In this document: positions 28,801-37,192 of the stretch, piece by piece | Numbering within the stretch: position 1 is the first letter of the stretch | Layout: the number at the start of each line of letters is the position of its first letter | Assembly: GCA_964643435.1 (NCBI GenBank) | Contig: CAZXPY010000002.1 | Location: 16,794-73,612, forward strand | Direction of reading: 5' to 3' | DNA from: an uncultured Gammaproteobacteria bacterium | GTDB lineage: Bacteria > Patescibacteriota > Microgenomatia > Woykebacterales > RBG-16-39-9b | Length of the DNA stretch: 56,819 nt | Made by a program: the position numbers and the translations under genes | Notes under the pieces: generated by a model | Database searches by the model: none | What the model was told of the DNA's origin: nothing | What the model saw: only the letters and a program-made list of their open reading frames with translations

Positions 28801-29940
28801 GTTTGAGCTCCAACCAGCACCATTGCTCCAAGCTAGAGAAGTAGCGCTAGTTTGTTTAAACCAGAATCCGCCAGCGCTGAAGTTATTGTCATTTGGTTTA
28901 ACTAAGACTTTGTAATAAGTAGCGTTGGTAGCACTACCCCAAGAAAAGGTTGGGTTAGAGAAGCTACCAGTACTTTGGGGTTGGTTTAGGGTTGGCGGTC
29001 CGGGTGCGCTCGTAGTGGCGCAGGCATTATCGCTAGTAGCTGAATTTTGATAGTAGACACTAGTAGATGTAGCTGGAGAGTAAACATAATAAACATAATT
29101 GGTAGAAGGTTGAATCGCCGAGTTCCTAAAGGTATAAGATGTGACGGTTTCTGGCAAATAACCGCTTTGGGCAACAACATTGTTTGGATCGCCACCAGCA
29201 AGAGTTAGTTTGACTTTATAGGTGATCGGACAAACATTGGTTTTTTTAGTACCGCTAGTTACTAATACTCCGGTTCCACAATCGACGGTACAAACGTAGT
29301 AATCGTAGTTGTGATCTGGTTTTAGGCCAGTGAAGGTTACGGAAGTAGTGGTAGAGGTTCTAGTCGCTACTACCGCCCCTAAGTTACCACTTTCAGTGAG
29401 TCTGGCAGTGTAATACCAGGAAACAGTCAGGGTTCCTGAAGAAGAACTATTGGCGTCCCCTTCCTTGATCTTCTTCCCTGTACCACAATTTGGAGTACAG
29501 ACCACATAATGATAAGTAGTAGAAGCCTGTAATCCACTGAAAGTGTAGGAAGTACCAGAGATATCTGCTTGAGCAGCGACAAGTGCCCCACCTTTCGCCA
29601 AAGCCACGGCAAACCCAGGAGAACCCCAAGAAATAGTTAGATTCTGGGTACAATCGGTTGGTCGGTTAGGGTTTGGGGGCCAAGTAGCCGTAACCGAACA
29701 GTTCGTGACCGCTCTACTTCTGAGATCATTGATCGTCTTAATCCCGAAGACTGTCAAAGGAATAATAAAGATAAGAAGAATCAAGGAAACAATTGAAAGT
29801 TGAGTTTTGAATGGAAGACCACTAAGAAAAGAAATTTTATTAAAAGTGTATTTAAACTTTTGTAGTTGTTTAGAAAAAGGCAGTAAACTCACGTTATTTA
29901 CCCTCAAAGGGAAGTTTTGTCTATTCCTTAATAATAACAA
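25879..29940 (-). CDS. Large membrane-anchored surface protein: FN3/Ig-like stalk plus C-terminal lysozyme-like (SLT-type) domain
   Basis: TM-DLRSRA; FN3-like TYYWRV repeats; C-terminal IGESYFD...GEIGIFGF...DPYDQILGAAKII...WNTY. Confidence 0.8.
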   Translation of the reverse strand: MLLLRNRQNFPLRVNNVSLLPFSKQLQKFKYTFNKISFLSGLPFKTQLSIVSLILLIFIIPLTVFGIKTINDLRSRAVTNCSVTATWPPNPNRPTDCTQNLTISWGSPGFAVALAKGGALVAAQADISGTSYTFSGLQASTTYHYVVCTPNCGTGKKIKEGDANSSSSGTLTVSWYYTARLTESGNLGAVVATRTSTTTSVTFTGLKPDHNYDYYVCTVDCGTGVLVTSGTKKTNVCPITYKVKLTLAGGDPNNVVAQSGYLPETVTSYTFRNSAIQPSTNYVYYVYSPATSTSVYYQNSATSDNACATTSAPGPPTLNQPQSTGSFSNPTFSWGSATNATYYKVLVKPNDNNFSAGGFWFKQTSATSLAWSNGAGWSSNNIGAPPSTFSPGITYWWLAWSCNDSTGGCSLSGAAAPVSFSVIGEPSIINDLTMKFTGSTSATFNWTWTGNCVTEQLTVGTDGGSYTAVLNSAVKSDNVNICTTNIPKHTMNFSSSLIAGKAYYAVITVSFPPVQASNIASATVPTGGQSPGPPTLNQPQGTGSFSNPTFSWGSATNATYYKVLVKPNDNNFSAGGFWFKQTSATSLAWSNGAGWSSNNIGAPPSTFSPGITYWWLAWSCNDSTGGCSLGGAAAPISFGVSGGGAATITDLSMSFTNATTANFTWTWTGTCVTEQLTVGTDGGSYTAILNSAVKSNDINICSTAIPKHTMNFANALTAGKTYYAVITVSLPPVQASNIASAAVPGGAVVCSRLSSDLYLVSPEDKKVLDQNKPLFSWSEYAGLGDSYWVDLSEQPFGTPGEWWWYSGPHIDVPNISYPASWNTSLAAGHAPPNSGLKEGIVYYWRVSARHPDCPGFIKFSNRVNSFTFKAPVVGLLPATNLTESIGPCKTNNKVEVTFKWVPSISSGAIEQWLDFSTKNDNFATILFNARQESPTTSTFTIQNIINGKTTYYWRVNTKFNNGEWRPSTTRSFTTPNCTAAVTPPTPTSGVSSPTDIQVTNRSCNQNDELTSVGLSWKVTPDVTVVNVILYDVSKPNVIHNTNIAAPTSTIKYNDLENNKHFKAFLYAYNSKGEKSDVTVKEFDSPNCPGRFSLTGVGTECGNKGTVTAIFTWQASNKAQGYIVDLSTDTNPSTRWTSGHFINNVNSPDRVPAATSFTWKGIKSNTQHWWRVYAYIGEFGRHSNTDGTFKQDCHVPLPHEELGVPGAERIQQYIYQVAGDKIEPLSGRNLADVMVEIVIGESYFDLCAIGKSGEIGIFGFLKSLWIGSGFWRNGIDSGSGFRNGPKTPPCWTIPGEDEPFHSVEWLRPPEPWSPLDGNLWDPYDQILGAAKIISNGGACNWNTYKMNNGYWRCD
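27706..29005 (-). repeat. Intragenic tandem duplication, period 654 nt (218 aa)
   Basis: GPPTLNQPQ...ASNIAS unit occurs twice; about 215 nt are identical between copies, the rest differs mostly at synonymous sites. Confidence 0.9.
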
Positions 29941-30043
29941 GGAATATTAGTAGCTGTCAAAAGATGGGTTACCGAGGCAGTTTTATCAGAAAGAAAAGGC
30001 CCTGCCTTTGAATTTCGACAGGGCTTGCCTTGAATTTTTTTCC

Positions 30044-30664
30044 TTAATAGAGAGAAGGAATCAAATAAAATACATCAAATCCCAACTCTGCTCCATCGGT
30101 AAAGATGGTGGTGAAATAATGCATACCGCTTTTGTCTCTCGCATAACCGACACCGATCCGAATGTAGTTAGGTTTCAAGATATTATCGCGGTGGCCCTGG
30201 CTAGCCATCAGGTGCTCGACTGCGATCCTCACGGTGTCGCCGTCCGGGAAGTCGTTGCGGGCCAGGTTCTCGCCCGCCCAGGCGTACGGGACGCCCCAGC
30301 TGTCGAGCAAGTCCCATACCGTCTACCCATCAGGAGCTTCGTGAGAAAAATAATTTTTCCACGCCATGTCTTGAGAACGCTGACGGGCGGCTTTCACCAA
30401 AATAGGATCTAAAAATAAAAGCGGAAGACCCTCATTAATCCGTTCAATATTCAAGCCAATAAAAAACTGGGTTTCCTCCTCTGCCAATCCTAGGAGCTGA
30501 GCAGATGTTGTGAAAAGCACCTCGTTTGTGATGGGCTTTTGTTCCAGAACTGGCCCGCCAGAATTGTCAATAAAATTTTTCCAACTCAATCCGAGATTCC
30601 AGTTCTCAAAAATGATTATCACAATTGCAGAAATCAGAAGAGCTCTCAATATACTCCGCTTCAC
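30044..30664 (-). pseudogene. CAP/SCP-domain protein interrupted by one in-frame TAG
   Basis: ...YFSHEAPDG-TAG(30323-30325)-TVWDLLDSWGVPYAWAGENLA...SQGHRDNIL; both called ORFs are in one frame. Confidence 0.85.
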
Positions 30665-30786
30665 TCCACTCTCCTTTCTTGGATGATTTTTTAATGTCCA
30701 AAAGATATTATACCCCTTAAAGGAAGTTTATCAACGCCTTTTCTTTATTATTTTTTTTGTTTCTGTTAAAATATAGGTTCTAAACT

Positions 30787-31080
30787 ATGAAAGAAGGCAT
30801 TCACCCAGAATATTTTCCGCAGGCAGTGGTCGTTTGTGCCTGCGGCAATAGATTTAATGTTGGCTCTACTAGAGCTGAAATTCGCGTGGAAATTTGTAGC
30901 AATTGTCATCCTTTTTTCACTGGCAGTGAGAAGTTTATTGATACCGAAGGAAGGGTTGAGCGGTTTCAACGTCGCTCTTCTTTCAAAGTAGAACCCAAAC
31001 CTAAAAAAATAGAAAGTACAGAGGAGCCGGCTCGTCCAAAGAGTTTGCGGGAAATGCTCTCCCAATTAGAAGAAAAATGA
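30787..31080 (+). CDS. rpmE: 50S ribosomal protein L31
   Basis: [32 protein letters not shown]. Confidence 0.98.
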   Translation: MKEGIHPEYFPQAVVVCACGNRFNVGSTRAEIRVEICSNCHPFFTGSEKFIDTEGRVERFQRRSSFKVEPKPKKIESTEEPARPKSLREMLSQLEEK

Positions 31081-31086
31081 ACACCT

Positions 31087-31176
31087 CCCCGCTGCAAGCA
31101 GCAGGGTATCCTTAAAAGGACAAGTTCTTTCGGGTGTTCACCCCCGCAGTAAACTGCGAGGTATTCTCACCCGAAA
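31087..31176. repeat. Two IS200/IS605-end-like palindromes
   Basis: CCCCGCTGCAAGCAGCAGGGTAT and CCCCGCAGTAAACTGCGAGGTAT; the second is bracketed by TTTCGGGTG/CACCCGAAA. Confidence 0.55.
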
Positions 31177-31196
31177 TAAACTTAAAGCAAAAGCTA

Positions 31197-31946
31197 ATGA
31201 AAGAAGAACAAGATTCAGAAATAGCTGCTGCTATTTTGGAAATACGCTCTGCGGCTGGTGGCAGGGAAGCCGGTCTTTTTGCGCAAGATCTTTACCGGAT
31301 GTACTCTCGTTTCGCGCTCAAAAGAGGTTGGAAATTAAACCAGATATCAATTAACGAAGGTGGGATTGGCAATATTAAAGAAGCAATTTTTAGAATTGAG
31401 GGCCTAGAGGTCTTTAAGACTTTAAAGTATGAATCGGGTGTCCACCGCGTTCAAAGAGTACCAGCTACGGAGTCTTCGGGAAGAATTCATACTTCAACCG
31501 CAACTGTTGCGGTTCTGCCCGAAATCCCAGAACGCGATTTTTATATTAACCCAAAGGATATTAAAATTGAGACCTTTCGAGCCAGTGGCCACGGCGGGCA
31601 AAATGTCCAAAAAGTGGAAACCGCAGTTAGAGTTACCCACCTGCCTTCCGGCGTAGCCGCAACAAGCCAAGATGAACGCAGTCAATTTCAAAATCGCGAA
31701 AGAGCCTTATCAGTCTTGCGCTCCCGTTTATACGAAGCTTCTGAAAAGGCTAAACGGGAGAGTATAGATACTACTCGAAAGGTCCAAATTGGATCTGGTG
31801 ATAGATCTGAAAAAATACGTACTTATAACTTTCCGCAGTCCCGGGTGACCGATCACAGAATAAATAAATCGTGGCATAATCTAGAGAGTATCTTGGACGG
31901 AGATCTAGAAAAAATAATTTCTTCTCTTCAAGGAGTGGAAAGTTAA
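31197..31946 (+). CDS. prfA: Peptide chain release factor 1, lacking N-terminal domain 1
   Basis: [13 protein letters not shown] (PxT), [22 protein letters not shown]; only about 249 aa. Confidence 0.9.
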   Translation: MKEEQDSEIAAAILEIRSAAGGREAGLFAQDLYRMYSRFALKRGWKLNQISINEGGIGNIKEAIFRIEGLEVFKTLKYESGVHRVQRVPATESSGRIHTSTATVAVLPEIPERDFYINPKDIKIETFRASGHGGQNVQKVETAVRVTHLPSGVAATSQDERSQFQNRERALSVLRSRLYEASEKAKRESIDTTRKVQIGSGDRSEKIRTYNFPQSRVTDHRINKSWHNLESILDGDLEKIISSLQGVES

Positions 31947-31948
31947 CC

Positions 31949-33073
31949 TTATTCGTTATCAGCTTCAGTCAGAGTTGCTTTTAGAGTCAAGGTCTTTCCG
32001 TCCCGAAAAACCTCAATTTCAACGCTGTCTCCAACTTTATATTTGCTTATTATCGTGGCTAAGGTTTGCTCTTCGGAAATTTGGCTACCAGCAAATTTGG
32101 TAATTATATCGCCTCTTTTTATTCCTGCCTTTTCAGCCGGTGAATCTTCGACTATTCTCTGGACAAAAGCTCCTTGCGGTAATCCTCTAATATCCGCGAT
32201 ATCTTTGTTGATTAATTGGTAAGCGACGCCAAGAAAAGGTTTAATAATCCTACCAACCTCCCTAAATTGCTCTAAAACAACCTTGGCTCGATTTATGGGA
32301 ATAACGAAGCCGATATTTTGGGCTCCTTCAGTAACCGCAAAATTTATACCAATCACGCGAGCGGAGAGATCCAGCAGCGGTCCGCCGCTATTACCGGGAT
32401 TCAAAGCCGCGTCGGTTTGAATGACGTTTTCTAAGGTTTCACTTCTAATTCCAAAGCTATCACTCGCGGTTACGCCCCGACCAATACCAGAAATAACTCC
32501 CACGGTTACTGTATTATCAAACCTACCAAGGGCATTACCAATCGCCACTACTGTTTGACCAACCTGAAGGTTGTCAGAATCTCCCAATTCAACCGTAGGT
32601 AATCCCACTGCCTCAACCTGTAGTATGGCTAAATCGTTTAAACTATCACGATCAATTTTTTTGACTGGGAAAGTTTTTTTATCTTTGGTTACGATAGTGT
32701 AGGAAATATCGGTGTCCTCAACCACATGGTCATTGGTTAAGATAATCCCGTTTGCATCGACGATAAACCCGGTACCAATACCTCTGCTATCGGATGTAGG
32801 GCCTCTCAAAGGATCGAAACCTACTTGTTTGGCAACAATACTGACGACTGCGGGCGAAGCTTTCTCGACTACTCTGATGACCGCGGATTCTTCACTAGTA
32901 ACGACTCTTTTTTCACTCTGCAGGGGGGTTTTTTGCTCTTGGGTAAGTATTGGTAATTTAATACCGAACGGTAGTTTTTGGCTCCAAACAGCGTAATTTG
33001 CTCCGACAATACTGCCAAAGACAGCGGCACTAATACCAAAAACTACAAAAAATATTTTTGTTCTTTGTTCCAC
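31949..33073 (-). CDS. HtrA/DegP-like serine protease with one PDZ domain
   Basis: TM; LTNDHV, DLAIL, TDAALNPGNSGGPL; PDZ (SPAEKAGIKRGD). Confidence 0.95.
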   Translation of the reverse strand: MEQRTKIFFVVFGISAAVFGSIVGANYAVWSQKLPFGIKLPILTQEQKTPLQSEKRVVTSEESAVIRVVEKASPAVVSIVAKQVGFDPLRGPTSDSRGIGTGFIVDANGIILTNDHVVEDTDISYTIVTKDKKTFPVKKIDRDSLNDLAILQVEAVGLPTVELGDSDNLQVGQTVVAIGNALGRFDNTVTVGVISGIGRGVTASDSFGIRSETLENVIQTDAALNPGNSGGPLLDLSARVIGINFAVTEGAQNIGFVIPINRAKVVLEQFREVGRIIKPFLGVAYQLINKDIADIRGLPQGAFVQRIVEDSPAEKAGIKRGDIITKFAGSQISEEQTLATIISKYKVGDSVEIEVFRDGKTLTLKATLTEADNE

Positions 33074-33114
33074 GTTAATATTCTAAAAAAATCTTTCTCT
33101 ATTTTCAAGTAGGC

Positions 33115-34314
33115 TTAGGAGGCAGAAGTAACTTCGAGAAGTTTTGTTAAGGAATGGCTAAGGTGTTCAACAATTCTGGCTTCTTTGTTGAGTTTACTTT
33201 CAGTTTTTACATCGGCAATTTCTTTCTTAAGATGGGCAGCTAGCTGCGATATCGTCTGAGCCTTTGCTACTTCTTGGGTGGCTTTTGAATCAATTAAAGA
33301 AGTACTTACTCTTGTCAACATATCCGCCAATCCTAAAAGGGTTCGGCTGTAAATATCTAGAAAATCAGCTCTAAAGGATTCTAATTCTTTTTCCAGGTTT
33401 AAAACTTGGTAATAGTGGCCTTGGATATTTTGATAAATAAGATTATCTTTTAGATGGATATTGAAGCTTTCCAGTAACCAGCCTAAGCTGTTTCTAAGTA
33501 ATCTGATCGTTTCGTAGGTATGAGGCGAACGAGAGGGAAACTGGTAAACTTCAAGTTCTTTTTCTTCAAATTTGCCGAAATAATTTTTGGCGCTCTCAAG
33601 AAAGTCTGGTTTTTTTTGCCCTTGGGTAGAAAAAACAAATGCCCTTCTTTTAAGATTAATAGCTACTTCTCTTAAGCTTAGCGCCAACCCAAAAGCGGCT
33701 GTTATAAGAATTATCATATAAATTGGGTCGGGACCGCTTACTGGAAGGGAGCTACTACCAGTCGTTTCCGTTGCTGCCCCAGTACCAGAAACAGTGTAAG
33801 TCCCTCCTAAAGCGCTTGTTAAGATATCAGAATTAGTGCCGTTTTCCGTTACATTGGAATCGGTTGTCGAACCAGATGTGAACTTAAAAGTAACCGCAGC
33901 GGTACCGGCGGCGGTTCCTTTAAAAGTAATTGTGGCAAACACACCGCTGCCAGAAAAGTAGGGCCCGCTGGTATTGGAAACTCCGCCAATCGTTATCGTA
34001 GTAGACGTACTTGTTTTAGTTGGATAAGTTGGATAAGTTGTACCACCAGCTATTGAGACAACTTGCAGTTTTGTGCCGTCGTAATTCAAAAGTGCATCAG
34101 CGCCATCAGTTTTGGCGCCGCCAGTGTTGATAATAATATCAACGTTGAAATTTTCACCAACCCCAACCGAATCTGAATCTGGTGAAAGGTAAAAAGAACC
34201 AGCTCCGAAAACGGCCTTAGCACTGAAGTGAAAGCTAATTAATAAAAGGGTTATTGAAAGTATCTTAAGAAGGGTCTTAGTTTTTGAAGTAAATATTGAT
34301 TGGGCAGTTATCAT
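33115..34314 (-). CDS. Secreted cohesin-domain protein with LPVSG-TM signal and long predicted cytoplasmic tail
   Basis: Signal peptide; LSP...VGENFNVDIIINTGG..TDGADALLNYD...GSGVFATITFK cohesin pattern; LPVSG then hydrophobic helix; about 185-aa helical tail. Confidence 0.8.
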   Translation of the reverse strand: MITAQSIFTSKTKTLLKILSITLLLISFHFSAKAVFGAGSFYLSPDSDSVGVGENFNVDIIINTGGAKTDGADALLNYDGTKLQVVSIAGGTTYPTYPTKTSTSTTITIGGVSNTSGPYFSGSGVFATITFKGTAAGTAAVTFKFTSGSTTDSNVTENGTNSDILTSALGGTYTVSGTGAATETTGSSSLPVSGPDPIYMIILITAAFGLALSLREVAINLKRRAFVFSTQGQKKPDFLESAKNYFGKFEEKELEVYQFPSRSPHTYETIRLLRNSLGWLLESFNIHLKDNLIYQNIQGHYYQVLNLEKELESFRADFLDIYSRTLLGLADMLTRVSTSLIDSKATQEVAKAQTISQLAAHLKKEIADVKTESKLNKEARIVEHLSHSLTKLLEVTSAS

Positions 34315-34347
34315 TTTATAGTGAGCCTAGAGAACTATATTTATTTA

Positions 34348-34377
34348 ACTATAAACTATTTAAAAACAACTTGTCAA
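34348..34377 (-). promoter_or_regulatory. Promoter of the LPVSG cohesin gene
   Basis: TTGACA-18-TATAGT. Confidence 0.65.
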
Positions 34378-34391
34378 GATTCTGAAATTTA

Positions 34392-34988
34392 TTAAGGAAC
34401 GATTGTGAAAGTTGCATTAGCAACTTTAGCTAAAATATCCTTCGAATTGGCGGTGGTGACATTACTCTCGGTTGTCTTACCACTATCATAATCGATGGTG
34501 ACCAGTGCGTTACCAACTGCTTTGGCTTTAAACTTAACTATCGCTAAAACACCGCTTCCGGAAAACTGCGCTTTCCCAGGTTCGCTGATCGCTCCAAAGT
34601 AAATTTTACCGTTTTTTTCACTATTTATCGCGAAGGTTCCGTAGAGGGAGCCGGTTTGAATTTGAATACCCTCCTTTTGTAAATCCGAATCGAGCACTTC
34701 TAGTTTTGTTTTATCATAGGAAATTAGCAAGTCCGTACCGACTGTTTTAGCGCTGTCAGTATCTAAATTTACGGCTACTTCAAAACTATCTCCCACTTTG
34801 TATGTTCCAGCGATTGGGTTTAAAGAAAGAGAAGCCGCGGGGATCTTAGGAGGGGCTACTGGGGTTAATTTTTTCTCTTTTCTCGCTGGAGAAACAATGT
34901 AAAAGTAAGCGGCAATGAGTTCAACTAAAATAACTAAAGCCAACATTACGTAAAGTAAATTTTTATTGTCCTTTAAAAATTTCTCCAT
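34392..34988 (-). CDS. N-terminal TM-anchored single cohesin
   Basis: SLSLNP...VGDSFEVAVNLDT...GTDLLISYDKTKLEV...SGSGVLAIVKFKAK. Confidence 0.85.
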   Translation of the reverse strand: MEKFLKDNKNLLYVMLALVILVELIAAYFYIVSPARKEKKLTPVAPPKIPAASLSLNPIAGTYKVGDSFEVAVNLDTDSAKTVGTDLLISYDKTKLEVLDSDLQKEGIQIQTGSLYGTFAINSEKNGKIYFGAISEPGKAQFSGSGVLAIVKFKAKAVGNALVTIDYDSGKTTESNVTTANSKDILAKVANATFTIVP

Positions 34989-35003
34989 AAAAATCCTGTT
35001 AGG

Positions 35004-36509
35004 TTACTCTGGATCGGCTTCCTGCAGATAATTAGCTAACATCATTGAATAATCGATCGAGTTCACAACTGTATCTAAATTAAGATCAGCTTTTGCGTCA
35101 TTCTTGGGTATGTAAGAGCTTACCAAGATTGAATAGTCAATTGAGTTTATGCTCCCATCACCGTTGAGATCACCAAGTTTAATTTTACCAGCCATTACGC
35201 TAATTTGTCTGGCAGCAGATGTTGTTACTACTACCCTTCTCAAGGCCTTGGTAATTTGGATTTTAATTTTAGAGGCAACCCCAACTTTCATCACCCCATC
35301 ACTTAAAGATAAATTCAAACTCACTAAGCCGCCGCCAACACTAATTTCTTGGCTAAAATTCGTACCGGGAATGCTCACAGCACCAGTTAGTTTACCGATA
35401 AGGGCGGCCGGTAGTTCCATACTCAAAGAAATCGTGTTAACCCACTGATCAGTTCCTCCTATTGGAGTAGGTGTAGGGGTTGGAGTAGGTGTAGGTGTAG
35501 GCGTCGGTGTTGGGCTGGTTCCGCCGGAAACTGTGTAAGAAATTTCTGCCGTATTGTTACCCTCATTGCTCTCAGGAACATTTTGTTGATAATCAGTAAC
35601 CACTCTAATTTTATACGTACCCGCTGTGCTTGGCGCAACAAAGGAATAGTTACCAATACTAGCGTCTGGTTGCCTTTGCGAAGCACCGGAAGCTAAAGAA
35701 GAGGTAAATGCTGCTCCACAAAGCTGTTCAGTGGTTTTTCCATTACAAGCGTTATACTGACCGGTCCAAAAGTTACTAGCGGTTCCGGTACCTTGATTTT
35801 TCACGTTGTAGAAAAAATCCACACTAGCACCTGGTGCCACGGTACTTCCAGTTGTGTTGGTTAAGTTTTGCACGATTAAATCTGGTAATCCGCTAGGTTG
35901 GGGTGTAGGAGTGGGAGTGGGGGTTGGCGTAGGCGTAGGCGTAGGAGTGGGTGTCGGTGTAGGAGGCGGCGGAGTTGGTGGTGCTGTCGTTGTCGCGGTA
36001 AAGGTTTCAAGAACTTTTATACTACAATCCAGGGCACAGATCTTACCATTGTAAGTCGTCCCTCCTTGAAGACCCTCAAAACTAGTCTGGGTTCCACTAG
36101 TACTGGCTATTTTTCCATCCAAGGTTATAACGTAACCCCAACTTTCGGTTAACACCCCACTAGCATTAGCTGTCCTAGATTGTTGCCGTAGTTTCGTACC
36201 GGTTCCACAGTTTGGTTGACATAAAACAACCGTATAAGTCTTGTTTGGTGTTAAACCAGTAAAAGTGGTACTTGTGGCTCTCCCCGACCAAGTTTTAACA
36301 AAAGTGGTACCATCAACAACAGCAACGGCAAATTCGTAATGACCCCAAGTAACGCTACAGCTATTAGAAGTACAGTTAGCGCCGCTAAATTCAGCTTTAC
36401 TGCGAAGATCAGAAATAGTTTTTATCCCAAAAGTAGTTAAAGGAATTGCCAAGGCAACTAGGGAGATTATAAGGAGAATTCGTTTATCTCGGGCAGTGAT
36501 TTTTTCCAT
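35004..36509 (-). CDS. TM-RSKA surface protein: FN3-like modules, PT linker, CARDB-like domain, C-terminal dockerin
   Basis: DLRSKA; LPDLIV..L...NQG...ESNEGNN CARDB pattern; DLNGDGSINSID / DLNLDTVVNSID. Confidence 0.85.
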   Translation of the reverse strand: MEKITARDKRILLIISLVALAIPLTTFGIKTISDLRSKAEFSGANCTSNSCSVTWGHYEFAVAVVDGTTFVKTWSGRATSTTFTGLTPNKTYTVVLCQPNCGTGTKLRQQSRTANASGVLTESWGYVITLDGKIASTSGTQTSFEGLQGGTTYNGKICALDCSIKVLETFTATTTAPPTPPPPTPTPTPTPTPTPTPTPTPTPQPSGLPDLIVQNLTNTTGSTVAPGASVDFFYNVKNQGTGTASNFWTGQYNACNGKTTEQLCGAAFTSSLASGASQRQPDASIGNYSFVAPSTAGTYKIRVVTDYQQNVPESNEGNNTAEISYTVSGGTSPTPTPTPTPTPTPTPTPIGGTDQWVNTISLSMELPAALIGKLTGAVSIPGTNFSQEISVGGGLVSLNLSLSDGVMKVGVASKIKIQITKALRRVVVTTSAARQISVMAGKIKLGDLNGDGSINSIDYSILVSSYIPKNDAKADLNLDTVVNSIDYSMMLANYLQEADPE

Positions 36510-36535
36510 ACAAAGATTAGGTTTTTAGTATCTCA

Positions 36536-36565
36536 AAGATAACAAACAAGCGGCTATCTTGTCAA
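36536..36565 (-). promoter_or_regulatory. Promoter of second dockerin-cohesin pair
   Basis: TTGACA-18-TATCTT. Confidence 0.55.
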
Positions 36566-36574
36566 CAATTTTTG

Positions 36575-37183
36575 TTATTCCGTAATTGTGTACTCTGCGT
36601 TTACCACTTTCGAAAGGATGTCAGCCGCCTTTTCGGTAACCACGTTAGAATCAGTCGTGGCCCCAACAACGCTCTCGATTTGAACTTGCGCCTCTCCCAA
36701 TCCTTTTGCTCTAAATTTTATGCTCGCCAAAGTGCCGCTTCCCGAAAATCGATTTTCCCCTGGACTGGAAACCGCGGCAAAATAAATTTTTCCGCTTTTT
36801 ACTTCGTTTGAGACCGCTGTATCGTATAAATCACCGCTTTTTATTTGAATACCTCCTTTACTTGAATCTGAATCGACAACTTCTAGTTTCGCTTTATCAT
36901 AACTAACTACCAAATCCGTCCCGACTGTTTCCACACCGCCGGTATCTAAGTACACGCCGACATCAAAACTTTCCCCTAGTCTATACCCAGCAACCGACGG
37001 AGTTAGGGCTAAAGTAGCGATTTGCACCTTTTTACTAGAAACTTTGACTCTTTCTTTTACTGGTAAAAGAATCTCTGGTAAAAATAAAGAGGTTATGAAG
37101 GTTGCCTCAACCAAAATTATCAAAGCCAAAGCCGCTGTCAAAAAATTTATATTTTCTTTCAAATAATCATCAAAGAGTTTCAC
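36575..37183 (-). CDS. N-terminal TM-anchored single cohesin (paralog of 34392..34988)
   Basis: LALTP...LGESFDVGVYLDTGG..TVGTDLVVSYDKAKLEV...SGSGTLASIKFRAK. Confidence 0.85.
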   Translation of the reverse strand: MKLFDDYLKENINFLTAALALIILVEATFITSLFLPEILLPVKERVKVSSKKVQIATLALTPSVAGYRLGESFDVGVYLDTGGVETVGTDLVVSYDKAKLEVVDSDSSKGGIQIKSGDLYDTAVSNEVKSGKIYFAAVSSPGENRFSGSGTLASIKFRAKGLGEAQVQIESVVGATTDSNVVTEKAADILSKVVNAEYTITE

Positions 37184-37192
37184 AATTTTATT

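Noticed and set aside
30323-30325. Genome-wide TAG reassignment
   Set aside because: TAG ends several clear genes here (e.g. 4986, 44353-adjacent 45310, 56379), and RF1 keeps PxT and GGQ.
30008-30412. 134-aa plus-strand ORF
   Set aside because: Antisense to the CAP-domain gene in a GC-rich patch.
35460-35980. GTAGGC/GTGGGT-type short repeats as VNTR or regulatory array
   Set aside because: They encode Pro-Thr linkers of the dockerin protein.
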